DNA of 64,000 nucleotides, from NCBI GenBank assembly GCA_038087875.1, contig CM075991.1, forward strand, positions 10,976,001 to 11,040,000, read 5' to 3'. Source of the stretch: Malacoraja senta. Its lineage: Eukaryota. A program made the position numbers and the translations under genes. The notes beneath the pieces were generated by a model. It was given only the letters and a program-made list of their open reading frames with translations. It was not told where the DNA came from and searched no databases. Each line of letters opens with the position of its first letter. Within the stretch, counting starts at the first letter, position 1. Positions 26,341-38,172 of this stretch are shown here, piece by piece.

Positions 26341-29300
26341 GATCAAGGACTAATGAAAAGGCAATTGACTAATAAAACCCTTCAATTTATTTTTATCAGT
26401 TTTCTTTTTATAGCTATTTCTTTTTTATGCTGGCCCTTATTTGTTTTTTCCTTCACTTCCAGTTTCCCCCCCTCTCTCCCAACTACAATCAGTCTGAAGA
26501 AGGATCCCGACCCGAAACGTCACCCATCCATTTTCTCCAGAGATGCAGCCTGACCCGCCGAGTTACCCCAGCACTTTGTGTCTATCTTTGGTGCAAGGTC
26601 AGGTTCAAATCCAGGCACGTGGGGCTTTGACAGCAGTGTTAACAGATGCACCTCTCTGCTGCTCATTTTTAAATTGCCATCTTTTCTGTATTTGGAACTG
26701 GATCACTGGCGCACAGCAGATATGGCTAATCAGTATGGAAGGGGAGCACATGCTTGATCTAGATGCCCTCGACACTGCCATTCAGGGTACCTTTTGTGCA
26801 TCTGCTGTCTTGGCGGCAATAGGGACATAACGTTCCCAGACTGGGCAAGTGTACTTGGTGCTAAAGGTAGGGTGTGGATGGAAGGTTAATTTACTGATGA
26901 GTGTGATCAAATGTTGCATTTACAAGCTCACATTATGTTGTTATTGCTGCTGGGTTAGAGAAAGAAAATTTATGATTAAAATTTTTTTTTTAATTTTTTT
27001 TATTGTATAATCATAAATAAGATACTTTCTACCTTGGTTGAGTGCTGACCAAATGCATTCCAATTTCTGCATCCAAACTGCCTGCTCTCCCCACCCTCCC
27101 CTCACCACAATCAGCCTGAAGAAGGGTCCCCACCTGAAACATCACCTACCATGTTCTCCAAATTAAATTATCAATCAAATTTTGGATAATCATGAATAAA
27201 GATATTTTCTACCTTGGTAGACGAAATAAATTCCAATTTCTTGGTCATAGTCAGGCCAAGAAAACCTGCACTTACAACAATTGGGACTTGAAAATAGTTC
27301 AGTTTAGTTTATTGTCATCTGTACCGAGGTACAGTGAAAAGCTTTTGCTGCATGCTAACCAGTCAGCAGAACCAACCAGTGAAAATGGCCACCCTGTATA
27401 CTGCCTCAGTGTACTACTGCTATCAACTTGTACTCTATCTGAGATGCTTCTCTAAGATGTATCCAAGTGCTTATGTGTAATGATACTCCAGCACTTTGTG
27501 TCCTTTTTCTGTAAACCAGCACCTGCAGTTCCTTGTGCTTGAAGATAGACACACAAAATGTTGGAGTAACTCAACGGGTCGGGCAGCAGCTCTGGAGAAA
27601 AGGAACAGATGACATTTCGGGTCGGAATCCTTCTTCAGACTGGGGGTCTCCAGAGGGTAGAAGGCCACCCAGTGGAGTCCAAGAGGATTGTTAGAGATGG
27701 GAGAAGGGGTAGTCACCAAGTGGTGAGGACTCTTTCCCATAGGAAAAGGCACAGATGTGGAACGGTGGAAATCTTTGGTACAAATCAGCATCCTTCCTAC
27801 GCATCCCCTCCGTCTACTTCTGTTCAATACTTTTATTCAATGATATTTATAGGCTCTCTGAACCAGTGGGGTTCAGGCAATCGGGAGGATACTGGCATTG
27901 CTTAGTATTTTATAAAATAATTCCACTTGCTAATCATGTCACATTGAACACAGGACCATTTTGTACCAGTGGATTTGCATGCAAATACATCCAGAAGTGG
28001 TGTTTTGAAGCAAATGATACAGACTCATTAATAAATGTCATCAGAACCACTTCCTGAATAGTTAATTCCCTTTTCGTCAGGAAAACCGCAGGCTTTAATC
28101 AGAGAACGATTACGAGACACAGGGTGCAAACGTATCCATTCAAGGACGACTTCATTTGTACGAGTGCTGCCACTCATTTTTTAAATTGCAAAAAAAAAAA
28201 AAAGTTTTTTTGCAACAAACTGCAAATGATCTGAAACGAGAAAGACGGGACAGGCAGCATGAGTGGAGGAAATAAGCAAAGTTAATGGTGTTTTGAGATG
28301 GTGGCCTTTCATCAAGATTGTAAAGAGACGGAGAGAGAAGCATGTGTTAGGTTCATAAGTTCCAGGAGCAGAATTAGGCCATTTAGCCCATCAAGTCTAC
28401 TCCGCCATTCAATCATGGCTGAGCTATGTTTCCCTCTCAATCCCATTCTCCTGCCTTCTCCCCATAACCCTCGCGCCCTTACTAGTTAAGAATCGATCAA
28501 TCCCCTCCTTAAAAATATCCATTGAGTTGGCCTCCACAGCCGTCTGTGGTGATGAATTCCATTTTGGGGGGGGGGCTCCGGTTTCCTCCCACACTCCAAA
28601 GATGTACAAGTTTGTAGGTTGATTGGCTTTGATAACATTGTAAATTATCCCTTGTGTGGTAGTGTATGTGGCGATCACTGGTCGGCACGCACTTAGTGTG
28701 CCAGAGGAACTGTTTCTGCCCCTAAAGCCAGAAAATGCTACCCGACCCGTTGTGTTACTCCGACACTTTGTGTAAACCAGCATCTGCAGTCCCTTGACTC
28801 TAAATGATAGAAGTTGGCATGAACATGATAAATGATTTTTTTGCCGTTCTCATAATTCGGATGCACCATGCAAAAAATGTCAGGAAATTAAGAAACACTT
28901 CTGTGTGAATGGGATCTCAAGAGCAATGATTTCTCTGGCCAAACGGCAATGAGACAGCTGCTGCATGGACTCACTGAGGAATCAAAAGGCTCATCAGGGA
29001 AGTCAGAAATATAAGAGCCCAGATTTGGCAACTTGTCTGGGAGCTTGGCAACTTGCCTCAGAAGGCAGTGGAGGCCAATTCTCTGGATGCTTTCAAGAGC
29101 GAGTTGGATAGAGCTCTTAAAGAAAGCGGAGTCAAGGGATACGGGGCGAAGGCAGGAACGGGGTACTGATTGTGGATGATCAGCCATGATCACAGAGAAT
29201 GGCGGTGCTGGCTCAAAGGGCCAAATGGCCTCCTCCTGCACCTATTGTCTATTGTTTATTTCAAGGCTGTTCAACGCAAGTCACATTTGGTATTCAGTAC

Positions 29301-30876
29301 TTACCTCTTCAAATTGTACACCCTCTTGGCTCAGAGTGAGGAGGTCTTGAGAGAAGACCACACGGCCAGGAGACTGTGCGATCAGAAACCTGCTGTAGAG
29401 CGTTTAGTTTAGAGATACAGCGTGGAAACAGGCCATTCAGCCCACCGAGTTCGTGCCAACCATCGATCTCTCCATACACTAGCACTACCCAGAACACTAG
29501 GGTCAATTTACAATTTTTACCAAAGCCAATCAAGCTACAAACCTCTACGTCTTGGAGAAAACCCACGTGGTCACAGGGAGAATGTGCAAACTCCATACAG
29601 ACAGCATCCTAGGTGTTTTTGTACGGTTCGAACCTGGGTCTCCGGCGCTGTGAGGCAGCAACTCTATCGCCGCGCCACCGTGCCGCACGTGCATGTGCAA
29701 TTATCACATTCATTGCTTACCATTGTCCCCCTTCACAAACCAGGTTATGGGGAGAGGGCAGGAGAATGGGGTTGAGAGGGAAAGATAGATCACCTATGAT
29801 TGAATGGCGGAGCAGACAAGATAGGCTGAATGGCCTAATTTCTGCTCTTATAACTTATGAACATAGATAAACACACCCTCATAAACCGATTAAAACACTT
29901 GGTACAGAAGAAGTGTTTTTATACTTGAAAGATGCTAACAAACCCCTAGAATCGATACCACCTCTGTGTTAAATTATCCCGTGATGATCTATCAATAGAT
30001 CACGGTGGCATAGCGGTAGATCTACTGCCTTTCAGCGCCAGATTCGATCCTGACTACGTGTGCTGTCTGTACGAAATTTGTACGTTCTCCCCGTGACATG
30101 CGTGGATTTTCTCTGATCTCTTCAGTTTCCTCCACACTCCAAAGACGTACAGGTTTGTAGGTTAATTGGCTTGGCGCAATTGTAAAAAATGTCCCTCGTG
30201 TGTGTAGGATGGTGTTAGTGTGCGGGGATCGCTGGTCGGTGCGGACTCGGTGGGCCGAAGGGGTTATTTCCACGCTGTATCTCCAAACTAAACTAAACAT
30301 GCCCTCTCAGAAATATCTGCATTCTCTCTCTCCCGATGGGAAGTCATGAAATAAGATGAAAGCCATCAGCTCAGCAGGGAAAAGGTGAAAAGGCCATTTG
30401 GCCCACCATGTCCACTCCACCATTCAGTCACAGCCGATCGATCTTTCCCGCACATCCCCATTCTCCTGCCTTCTCCCCATAACCTGGGTTGTGAAGCCGG
30501 ACAATGTTGGGCAATGAATGCGATAATTGGATTCTGCACAAGGAACTGCAGATGCTGGTTTACACCGAAGATGGACACAAAATGCTGGAGTAACTCAGCT
30601 GGACAGGCAGCATTTCTGGAGATAAGGAATGGGTGACGTTTTGTGTCGAGACCCTTCTTCAGACTGAGAGTCAGGCGAGGGGGGGAAACTAGAGAGATCG
30701 AAGGGCAAGGTGTGAAAACAGCAGACATTAACCAACTTAGTCCCTGATACCATGACCTTAAGTGCAAGAGTAGAATTAGGCCATTTGGCCCATCAAGTCT
30801 GCTCTGCCATTCAATACTGGCTGATCCATACCTCCCTCCTAACCCCATTCTCCTGCCTTCTTCCCATAACCTCAGA

Positions 30877-31380
30877 CACAGGAAAGATATTGTCAATCTT
30901 GAAAGGGTTCAGAAAAGATTCATGAGGATATTGCCAGGACTAGAGGGTGTGAGCTATAGGGAGAGGTTGAGTAGGCTGGGTCTCTGTTCCATGGAGCTCA
31001 GGAGGATGAGGGGTGATCTTACAGAGCTGTACAAAATCATGAGACGAATAGATCGGGTAGATGCACAGAGTCTCTTGCCCAGAGTAGGGAAATCGAGGAC
31101 CAGAGGACATGGGTTGAAGGTGAAAAGATTTAATAGGAATCCGAGGGGTAGCTTTTTCACACAGAGGGTGGTGGGTGTATGGAACAAGCTGCCAGAGGAG
31201 GGAGTTGAGGCTGGGGCTATCCCATCATTTAAGAAACAGTTAGACAGGTACATGGACAGGACAGGTTTGGAGGATATGGGCCAAACGCAGGCAGGTGGGA
31301 CTAGTGTAGCTGGAACATGTTGGCCAGTGTGGGCAAGTGGCTGAAGGGCTGGTTTCCACACTATATCACTCCATGACTCT
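30877..31380 (+). mobile_element. CR1 (HER1-like) 3' fragment
   Basis: ORF 30922-31344 LPGLEGVSYRERLSRLGL...SRTRGH. Confidence 0.85.
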
Positions 31381-33364
31381 GTGACAAGTTGTTTGTGTAT
31401 CCACTGTTCAGCAAAACCAGCTCCTTGACCCTCTGTAAATAGGACTTTGAAAGCTTTGTGCAATCTTTAATCTTCAAACTTCAAACCATTGCAGGCCACA
31501 CCGCTTGACTTCTGTCCATCTATTTATTAGTCCCACTGGGACCAGAGAGCAGACCTTTCTAACCTGGTGCCCTAAGGCAAATGATACAGTAAATGGTCAG
31601 TTTTATAGATTTTACTCTCTCCAGCATTAATGGCACAGGGATAGGCGTCAGGGCAAGATGAACATTCTGCAAGGGAATCAATTGATGCTTAATCTTCTCA
31701 CGTCTCCTTGGTGTCAGAAACAGAAGCTCATTTTACATCGCATTCTGCTGCTCTGAAATCGTACTTCAGCTGATGTATGAGGTTTTCAACTGTCGACTGC
31801 CTGAAAACTCTGGGACTTGTGGCTTTGTAGTTTTACCACCTTGATTACTGCGGTTAGATGCCTTCACGCAGCCAGTTGTTCGCAAGCACCTCCCGGGGCA
31901 GGACTGTCGTCTCAGTACTTCTTGTCCCACAGTCGATCACAGGGATCACCCTCTCCCCATCACGCTTATCTTTCCACATTTAAAGCTCTCGCTGCCTGCG
32001 GAAGGCACCACGCATACTAAAGGACTCGCCTCATCCTGCACATCACTCGTTTGTCCTTCTGCCCTCAGGAAAGCGTTACAGATCAATCAAATCGCACACC
32101 ACAAGATTAACAAACAGTTTCTACCCCAAGGCCATCACCACTCTGAACTCTGCACTGAACATACAGCCCCCATAGGCAATATTTTGTACTGCCACAACAC
32201 TATTGTGAAATATTGCACATTATGATGACGTTTTCTTGCCGTTTTTAGTATTCATTATTATTTATCGGATACATTGGAGCTCCGCTCAGGCAGTGCGCCT
32301 GTAATGTTGCTGTATGTATTTACAACGTCAATAAAGTATTATTATTATTATTACTTTCAGTGTCCAAGGACTGGGCAGAGATGAGAAACAAAGGCATTGT
32401 GGTATGAACACTTGGATATTAAGTGAGGTTGGGAAACTTGGCTGAGATGTCGTCACAGTTCAGTATCTCAGCTTCAATAGTTTAGATTAGTTTAGCAATA
32501 CAGCATGGAGGCAGGCCTTCGGCCCACCGGGACAGTGCCGGCCAAGGATCAGTTATCCACCTTATCCCAGTTTCACAATTTACAGAAGCCAATTGACCTA
32601 CAAACCTGCACGTCTTTGGTACGTGGGAGGAAACCAGAGCACCTGGAGAAAACCCACGCGGTCACAGGGAGAACATGCAAACTCCACACAGATAGCCCCC
32701 GAGATCAAGATCGAACCCAGGCACTGCGAGGCAGCAACTCTACCACTGCACCACTCTGTATTAAGGTGAAAAAATAACCAAATAATAGGAGACCAGGAAT
32801 TGCAGATGCTGGTTTATGAAAAAAAATGACAGTGTTGGAATAACTCAGTGGGTCAGGCAGCATCTCTGGAGGATATGGATAGCTGATGTTTCTGGTCGGG
32901 ATCCTGGTTTAAGGTCGGAGGTTTAAGGTGAGTGGGGAAAGATTTCATGGGGAAGCTGAGGGGCAACTTTTATTTTACACAAATAGTGGTGGGTGCATGG
33001 AACAAGCTGCCAGAGGAAGTAGTTTGGCAGGTACTATGGCAAATAATTAGACAGGTACATGGATAGCGTAGGTTTAGAGGTATATGGGCCAAAAGCAGGC
33101 AGGATTAGTGTGGATGGGGCATGTTGGTCAGGGTGGGCAGGTCGGGCCAAAGGGCCTGTTTCCACACTGTATGACTCTCTCTCAATGTGGGTCATTTTTC
33201 CACACTATATGACTAGACCCTTCCCAATCGAGAGCGTCAACTCCCGAACCAAACGACAGTGTTGTGTGACTAGCCTTTGTCGAGTTGCTCTGAGAATAAT
33301 TGAAGGAACTTGGGAAGAGAGAGTGTCCCACCATTTCATGGTCTGTCTCTTTTCCACTGTGCAG

Positions 33365-33565
33365 GTACATGGCTATCATTCACCCGCTGAAACCAAGGTT
33401 GTCAGCGACTGCAACCAAAGTGGTCATTGGAGTCATCTGGGTGGTGGCACTGTCCCTTGCCTTGCCACAGTGCTATTACTCCAAGACAGAAGAGTACCCG
33501 GGCAGGGTGGTGTGTTACGTGGAGTGGCCCGAGAATGAAGATGACAGCAAAACTCCCGAAACCAC
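33365..33565 (+). CDS. TACR2: Tachykinin receptor coding exon 2 ([25 protein letters not shown]...PQCYYS...VVCYVEWPE...)
   Basis: Polypyrimidine tract and TGCAG acceptor end at 33364. The first G completes Arg (AG+G), giving DRY. Donor AC|GTAAGT at 33566 (phase 2). Encodes ICL2-TM4-ECL2 typical of TACRs. Confidence 0.88.
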
Positions 33566-33610
33566 GTAAGTCAATTTTCAATGTCCCCTCACCTGCAGGA
33601 GACATCCCGT

Positions 33611-34170
33611 AAGGGCCTGTCCCACTTGCATGCGATTGCGTGCGTTTGGCACGACCAACCGGAAGCGGAGGTCGCGCTAAGTTCGCGCGTGACATCATTT
33701 ACGCATAAAAAGTGGGGTTCCTGGCTGCTATTCCATGATCATCATGGAAGAGATGCAGACTGCATTGCTGCAACAGCAACAGAGACTTCTGATAGCAGCA
33801 GCCCTCATGCTTACAAATCAGCTGGGCAGGAGGCGGGCCGATTGAATTTGGGCGTTGCGTGTCGGGCGGTGACGTCATCACGCAACGCCACGCCGGGCGG
33901 TGACATCATCACGCAACACCACGCGCAAGGCGTACGCCATCAAGATGCTGCGTACGCCGTCAACACGCTGCGTACGACCGCAATGCGCCTGCGTGCGTAC
34001 GCGGACCGACAGGCCGCAGGCGCGTGAAGATTTCGGTCACTGCAGGAATTTTTGAGCCCGCGCTTCTAAGTGGGACCGGCCCCGCGCGGCCATACGGTGC
34101 CGGTACGCCTCAAGCGACCACGAGGTCCCGTAATTTGCGAGCCAAGGTCGCGTAAGTGGGACAGGCCCTT
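33611..34170. mobile_element. Non-autonomous DNA transposon (MITE), possibly PIF/Harbinger type
   Basis: 17-bp TIRs AAGGGCCTGTCCCACTT / AAGTGGGACAGGCCCTT; CpG-rich interior with no transposase. TSD is ambiguous (GTA/TTA). Confidence 0.8.
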
Positions 34171-35119
34171 TACTAATCCAGGATAGAAAACACTCCGCAT
34201 CCGCGCTATTGTGGGTGAAGGTTTATTTGTTACATTGTGCTTCCAGATACCACAATGTTATTATCAAGACTGAAGATACATTCATTGAAGGAAAGCAATC
34301 GTTCCAAACTTATTAATATCCATGGGCAGCACAGTGGTTCAGCAGTAGAGCTGTTGCCTTACAGCACCAGAGACCGGAGTTCGATCCCGACTACGGGTGC
34401 TGTCTGTGCGGAGTTTGTACGCTCTCCCCGTGACATGTGGGTTTTCTCCGAGATCTTTGGTAAATTGTCCCTAGAATGCGTGTAGGATAGTATTAATGTG
34501 CGACGATCGCTGTGTCAATGCGAGGGGATCACTGGTAGGCGTGGACTCAGTGGGCCACAGGGCCTCTTTCCACGCTGCGTCTCTAAACTAATCTAAAACA
34601 TATCTAAGGCCGATAGAAAATGCTGGAAAAACTCATCGGGTGCGGCAGCATCTATGGAGCGATGGAATAGGTGACATTTCGGGTCGAAACCCTTCTGTCT
34701 GAATGAGGGTCTCGACCCGAAAAGTCACCTATTCCTTCGCTCCATAGATGCTGCCTCACCAGCTGAGTTTCTCCAGCATTTTTTAATCTACCTTCGATTT
34801 TTCCAGCACCTGCAGTTCCTTCTCAAATAAAACATATCTAAGATTGCTTGGAATGTCAAAACAATCTGCTTGTTCTGTCATTTGCATCTTACCAAATTCC
34901 ACACCAATACAATGCAAAACACACGTATAGTTCTGCAAGTTAATTTTCACTGCCTTTTATAGTGTGCTTGCTATAGGAAAATGCAATAGCCCAAAGGGAC
35001 ACAGAGAGATCCCACAAACTACAGTCAAATAGATCTAACTCCAGATCACATTCTGATCGGGGTCAGAACATTAGTTTAGTTTGTTGTCACCAATACCAAG
35101 GTACAGCGAAAAGCTTTTT

Positions 35120-35319
35120 NNNNNNNNNNNNNNNNNNNNNNNNNNNNNNNNNNNNNNNNNNNNNNNNNNNNNNNNNNNNNNNNNNNNNNNNNNNNNNNNN
35201 NNNNNNNNNNNNNNNNNNNNNNNNNNNNNNNNNNNNNNNNNNNNNNNNNNNNNNNNNNNNNNNNNNNNNNNNNNNNNNNNNNNNNNNNNNNNNNNNNNNN
35301 NNNNNNNNNNNNNNNNNNN
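35120..35319. other. Assembly gap (200 N)
   Basis: Run of N; the round length suggests a scaffolding gap of unknown size. Confidence 1.
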
Positions 35320-35419
35320 TAGGTGACGTTTCACAGAGTGCTGGAGTAACTCAGCGGGTCAGGCAGCATCTGTGGAGAACATGGATAGGTGACGTTTCAC
35401 AGAGTGCTGGAGTAACTAA

Positions 35420-35586
35420 ATCCTGGAGCGCCGCGCGATACCGCGCACAACTCCACACTCCTCCACGCCTCTCCACACGCCCGTCCCGCGCTACCGACAC
35501 GCTACCTGTGCGTCACAACGAGACGACCACATTTTTGCAGGTCGCGTAAATGGCGCGCAAATGACGGCCAAGTGGGACAGGCCCTT
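35420..35586. mobile_element. Partial second MITE of the same family (right TIR only)
   Basis: AAGTGGGACAGGCCCTT at 35570-35586 preceded by CpG-rich sequence. Confidence 0.6.
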
Positions 35587-36605
35587 GAAGATACAGGCCC
35601 TTTAGCACACCAAGGCCACACCAACCATCAACCACCTGTTCACACTAGTTCCATGTTATCCCACCGTCCCATCCACTACCTACACACCGGGGCAACATTA
35701 ATAAGGCCAATTAACCTACAAACCCGCATGTCTCTGGGATGTGGGGAGGAAACAGGAGCACCCGGATGAAACTCACAGGGAGAAAGTGCAAACTCCACAC
35801 AGACAGCACCCGAGGCCAGGATCGAACACGGGTCACTGGCGCTGTAAGGCAGCAGCACTACCAGCTGCACAATGTGCTGCCCAATACTTGGCAAACTACA
35901 TCAAGGAATCTGGGATAATTCAGAGTGAATATTGACATATCATTTTACATTTCTAAGATGATCAAAGATACTATGAGTTGCAAAATTGTGTAAATTATTC
36001 AGTTTATTGAGCGTGGACCAGGCCCTTTGGCCCAATTTCCCCATGATGACCAACATGCCCCATCTATCCTCGTCCCACCTGCTTGCACTCAGCCATATCC
36101 ATTTATGATTCAAGATTCAAGATTCAAGAGAGTTTATTGTCATGTGTCCCTGATAGGACAATGACATTCTTGCTTTCCTTCAGCACAACAGAACATAGTA
36201 GGCATGAATACAAAACAGATCAGTGTGTCCATATACCATTGTATAAATATATACAGACATGAATAAATAAACCGAAAAAGTGCAAATAACAGATAATGGG
36301 TTATTAATGTTCAGAGTTTTTTCCGAGCCAAGTTTAATAACCTGATGGCTGTGGGGAAGTAGATATTCCTGAACCTGGTCGTTGCAGTCTTCAGGCTCCT
36401 GTACCTTCTACCTGAAGGTAGCGGGGTGATGAGTGTGTGGCCAGGATGATGTGGGTCCTTAATGATGCTGCCAGCCTTTTTGAGGCAGCGACTGTCCTAT
36501 AGATATACCTTTCCTATCCTATAGACATACCTGTCCAAATTGTAGTCTCTCCCTGCACCAGACTGTATTAGAAATTGATTCATACAACAAGAAAGTCATA
36601 CAACA

Positions 36606-36689
36606 AAGGAGATCTGTATCTGCATCAACCCCAGAGATCTTAACACTGCCATCAAGCGGCCACATTACCCAACGCGAACGACAGAAGAA
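36606..36689 (+). mobile_element. Ty3/Gypsy reverse-transcriptase remnant
   Basis: Translates to KEICICINPRDLNTAIKRPHYPTRTTEE, matching the Gypsy RT motif RICIDPRDLNKAIKR.HYP. Confidence 0.65.
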
Positions 36690-36961
36690 GAACACACGTT
36701 AAGATACAAGACATATTTATTAAATCACTTACAGCACAGATCTGCAGACGTTACAGCTCCGGGCTGTTACTGCTACTAACTAGCATAAGCGACTTCTCGA
36801 TATTATAAAAGTACATACTAGGCGGAGCTACTACTAACAAGCACTATAATGGGCTAGTATGAAATAGCCAATCTACAGCCCACGGGCTCTGGTTGAACTA
36901 ATCCAAATCTCCACCTCCATCATCAAAGTTTACAAGTCCGTCCAATTCCCCTATGGACGTT

Positions 36962-37104
36962 CTTCTTCTTCTCTTGCGTATGGCGTGCACAGCCTAAAGT
37001 TGTAGGACAACTTGTTCTATTTGATCTTATTTGATTGTGCACGCCGGGTTGATTGCATTTGTCGAAACAGGGCGGACTACGTGAAGGTTGCAATCTCCCA
37101 CCCC
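36962..37104 (-). mobile_element. ~140-bp non-autonomous retroelement, second copy
   Basis: TSD CCTATGGA(C/T)GTT at 36950-36961 and 37105-37116; (GAA)n tail on the minus strand. Confidence 0.8.
37051..37104 (-). ncRNA. Second copy of the HDV-like ribozyme (one P3 mismatch, J4/2 CAAA)
   Basis: Minus strand: GGGGTGG GA GATTGCA ACC TTCACGT AGT CCGCCCT GTTTCGA CAAA TGCAATC. Confidence 0.7.
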
Positions 37105-37860
37105 CCTATGGATGTTACAGTTGATTCTAACTCCACTGCTCTTCCAGATATATTCAACAGAAAGTTAGATATAGCTCTTCGGACTAACAGAATCAAGGGA
37201 TATGGGGAGAAAGCAGGATAGGGGTACTGATTGTGGATGATCAGCCATGATCGTATTGAATGGCGGTGCAGCCTCGAAGGGCCAAATGGCCTACTCCTGC
37301 ACCTATTTTCTATGTTTCGATGTTTTGCACCAAGAGCCAAGAATTGGGTCTCAGATCCGATACCCTGCCATGGCCACTGGCCTCCAATGCTACATCCCCA
37401 AAGACACAGGCATAGAGAGGTATTGAGACATGCAGCACAGAAACAGGCCATTTGGCCCATCCACGTCCATGTTAACTCATCAACCATTATATCGGAGATT
37501 AATCCCACTTTTCATTCCCCCACATCCACATCAACTCCCCCCAGACTCTCCCACTCACCTACATACCTGGAGCAATTACAGCAGCCACATAATCTACAAA
37601 TCTTTGGGGTGTACGAGAAAGCTGGAGGAAATCCACCGGTCACAGGGAGAACATGCAAACTCCACACAGAGAGCGCCGGAGGTTGGAACAAAACCAGCTC
37701 TCTGGTGCTGTGTGAATGCAGCTCGACCAGCTGTGTTCTATCCAATTAACCTACATTTAGATTTATACAGCAAATGTGAATTAGGAACTCTGCAATAACA
37801 AAAAATCAAAGTGTTGAAAGTCGACCCAAAACCTCATCAATCCATGTCCCTCCACAGGTA

Positions 37861-38172
37861 GGGCGGCATAGTGGCGCAGCGGTAGAGCTGCTGTCTTGGA
37901 GCGCCACAGACCCGGGATCGATCCTGACTACGGGTGCTGTCTGTAAGGAGTTTGTACATTCTCCCCGTGACCTGCGTGGGTTTTCTCCGGGTGCCCCTGG
38001 TTTCCCCCCACAATCCAATGACGTACAGGTTTGTTGGCTAATAGGCTTTGCTACAATTGTAAATTGTCCCTAGTGTGTGTAGGATAATGTTAGTGTGCGG
38101 GAATGCTAGTCGGTGTGGACACGGTGGGCCGAAGGGCCGGTTTCCGCGCCGTATCTTTAAATTAAACTAAAA
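37861..38172 (+). mobile_element. V-SINE (HE1-like), full length
   Basis: Same head, core and (CTAAA)n tail organisation. Confidence 0.85.

Noticed and set aside
33581..34027. 148-aa ORF after TACR exon 2
   Set aside because: Lies inside a GC-rich MITE with no transposase or TACR exon 3 similarity.
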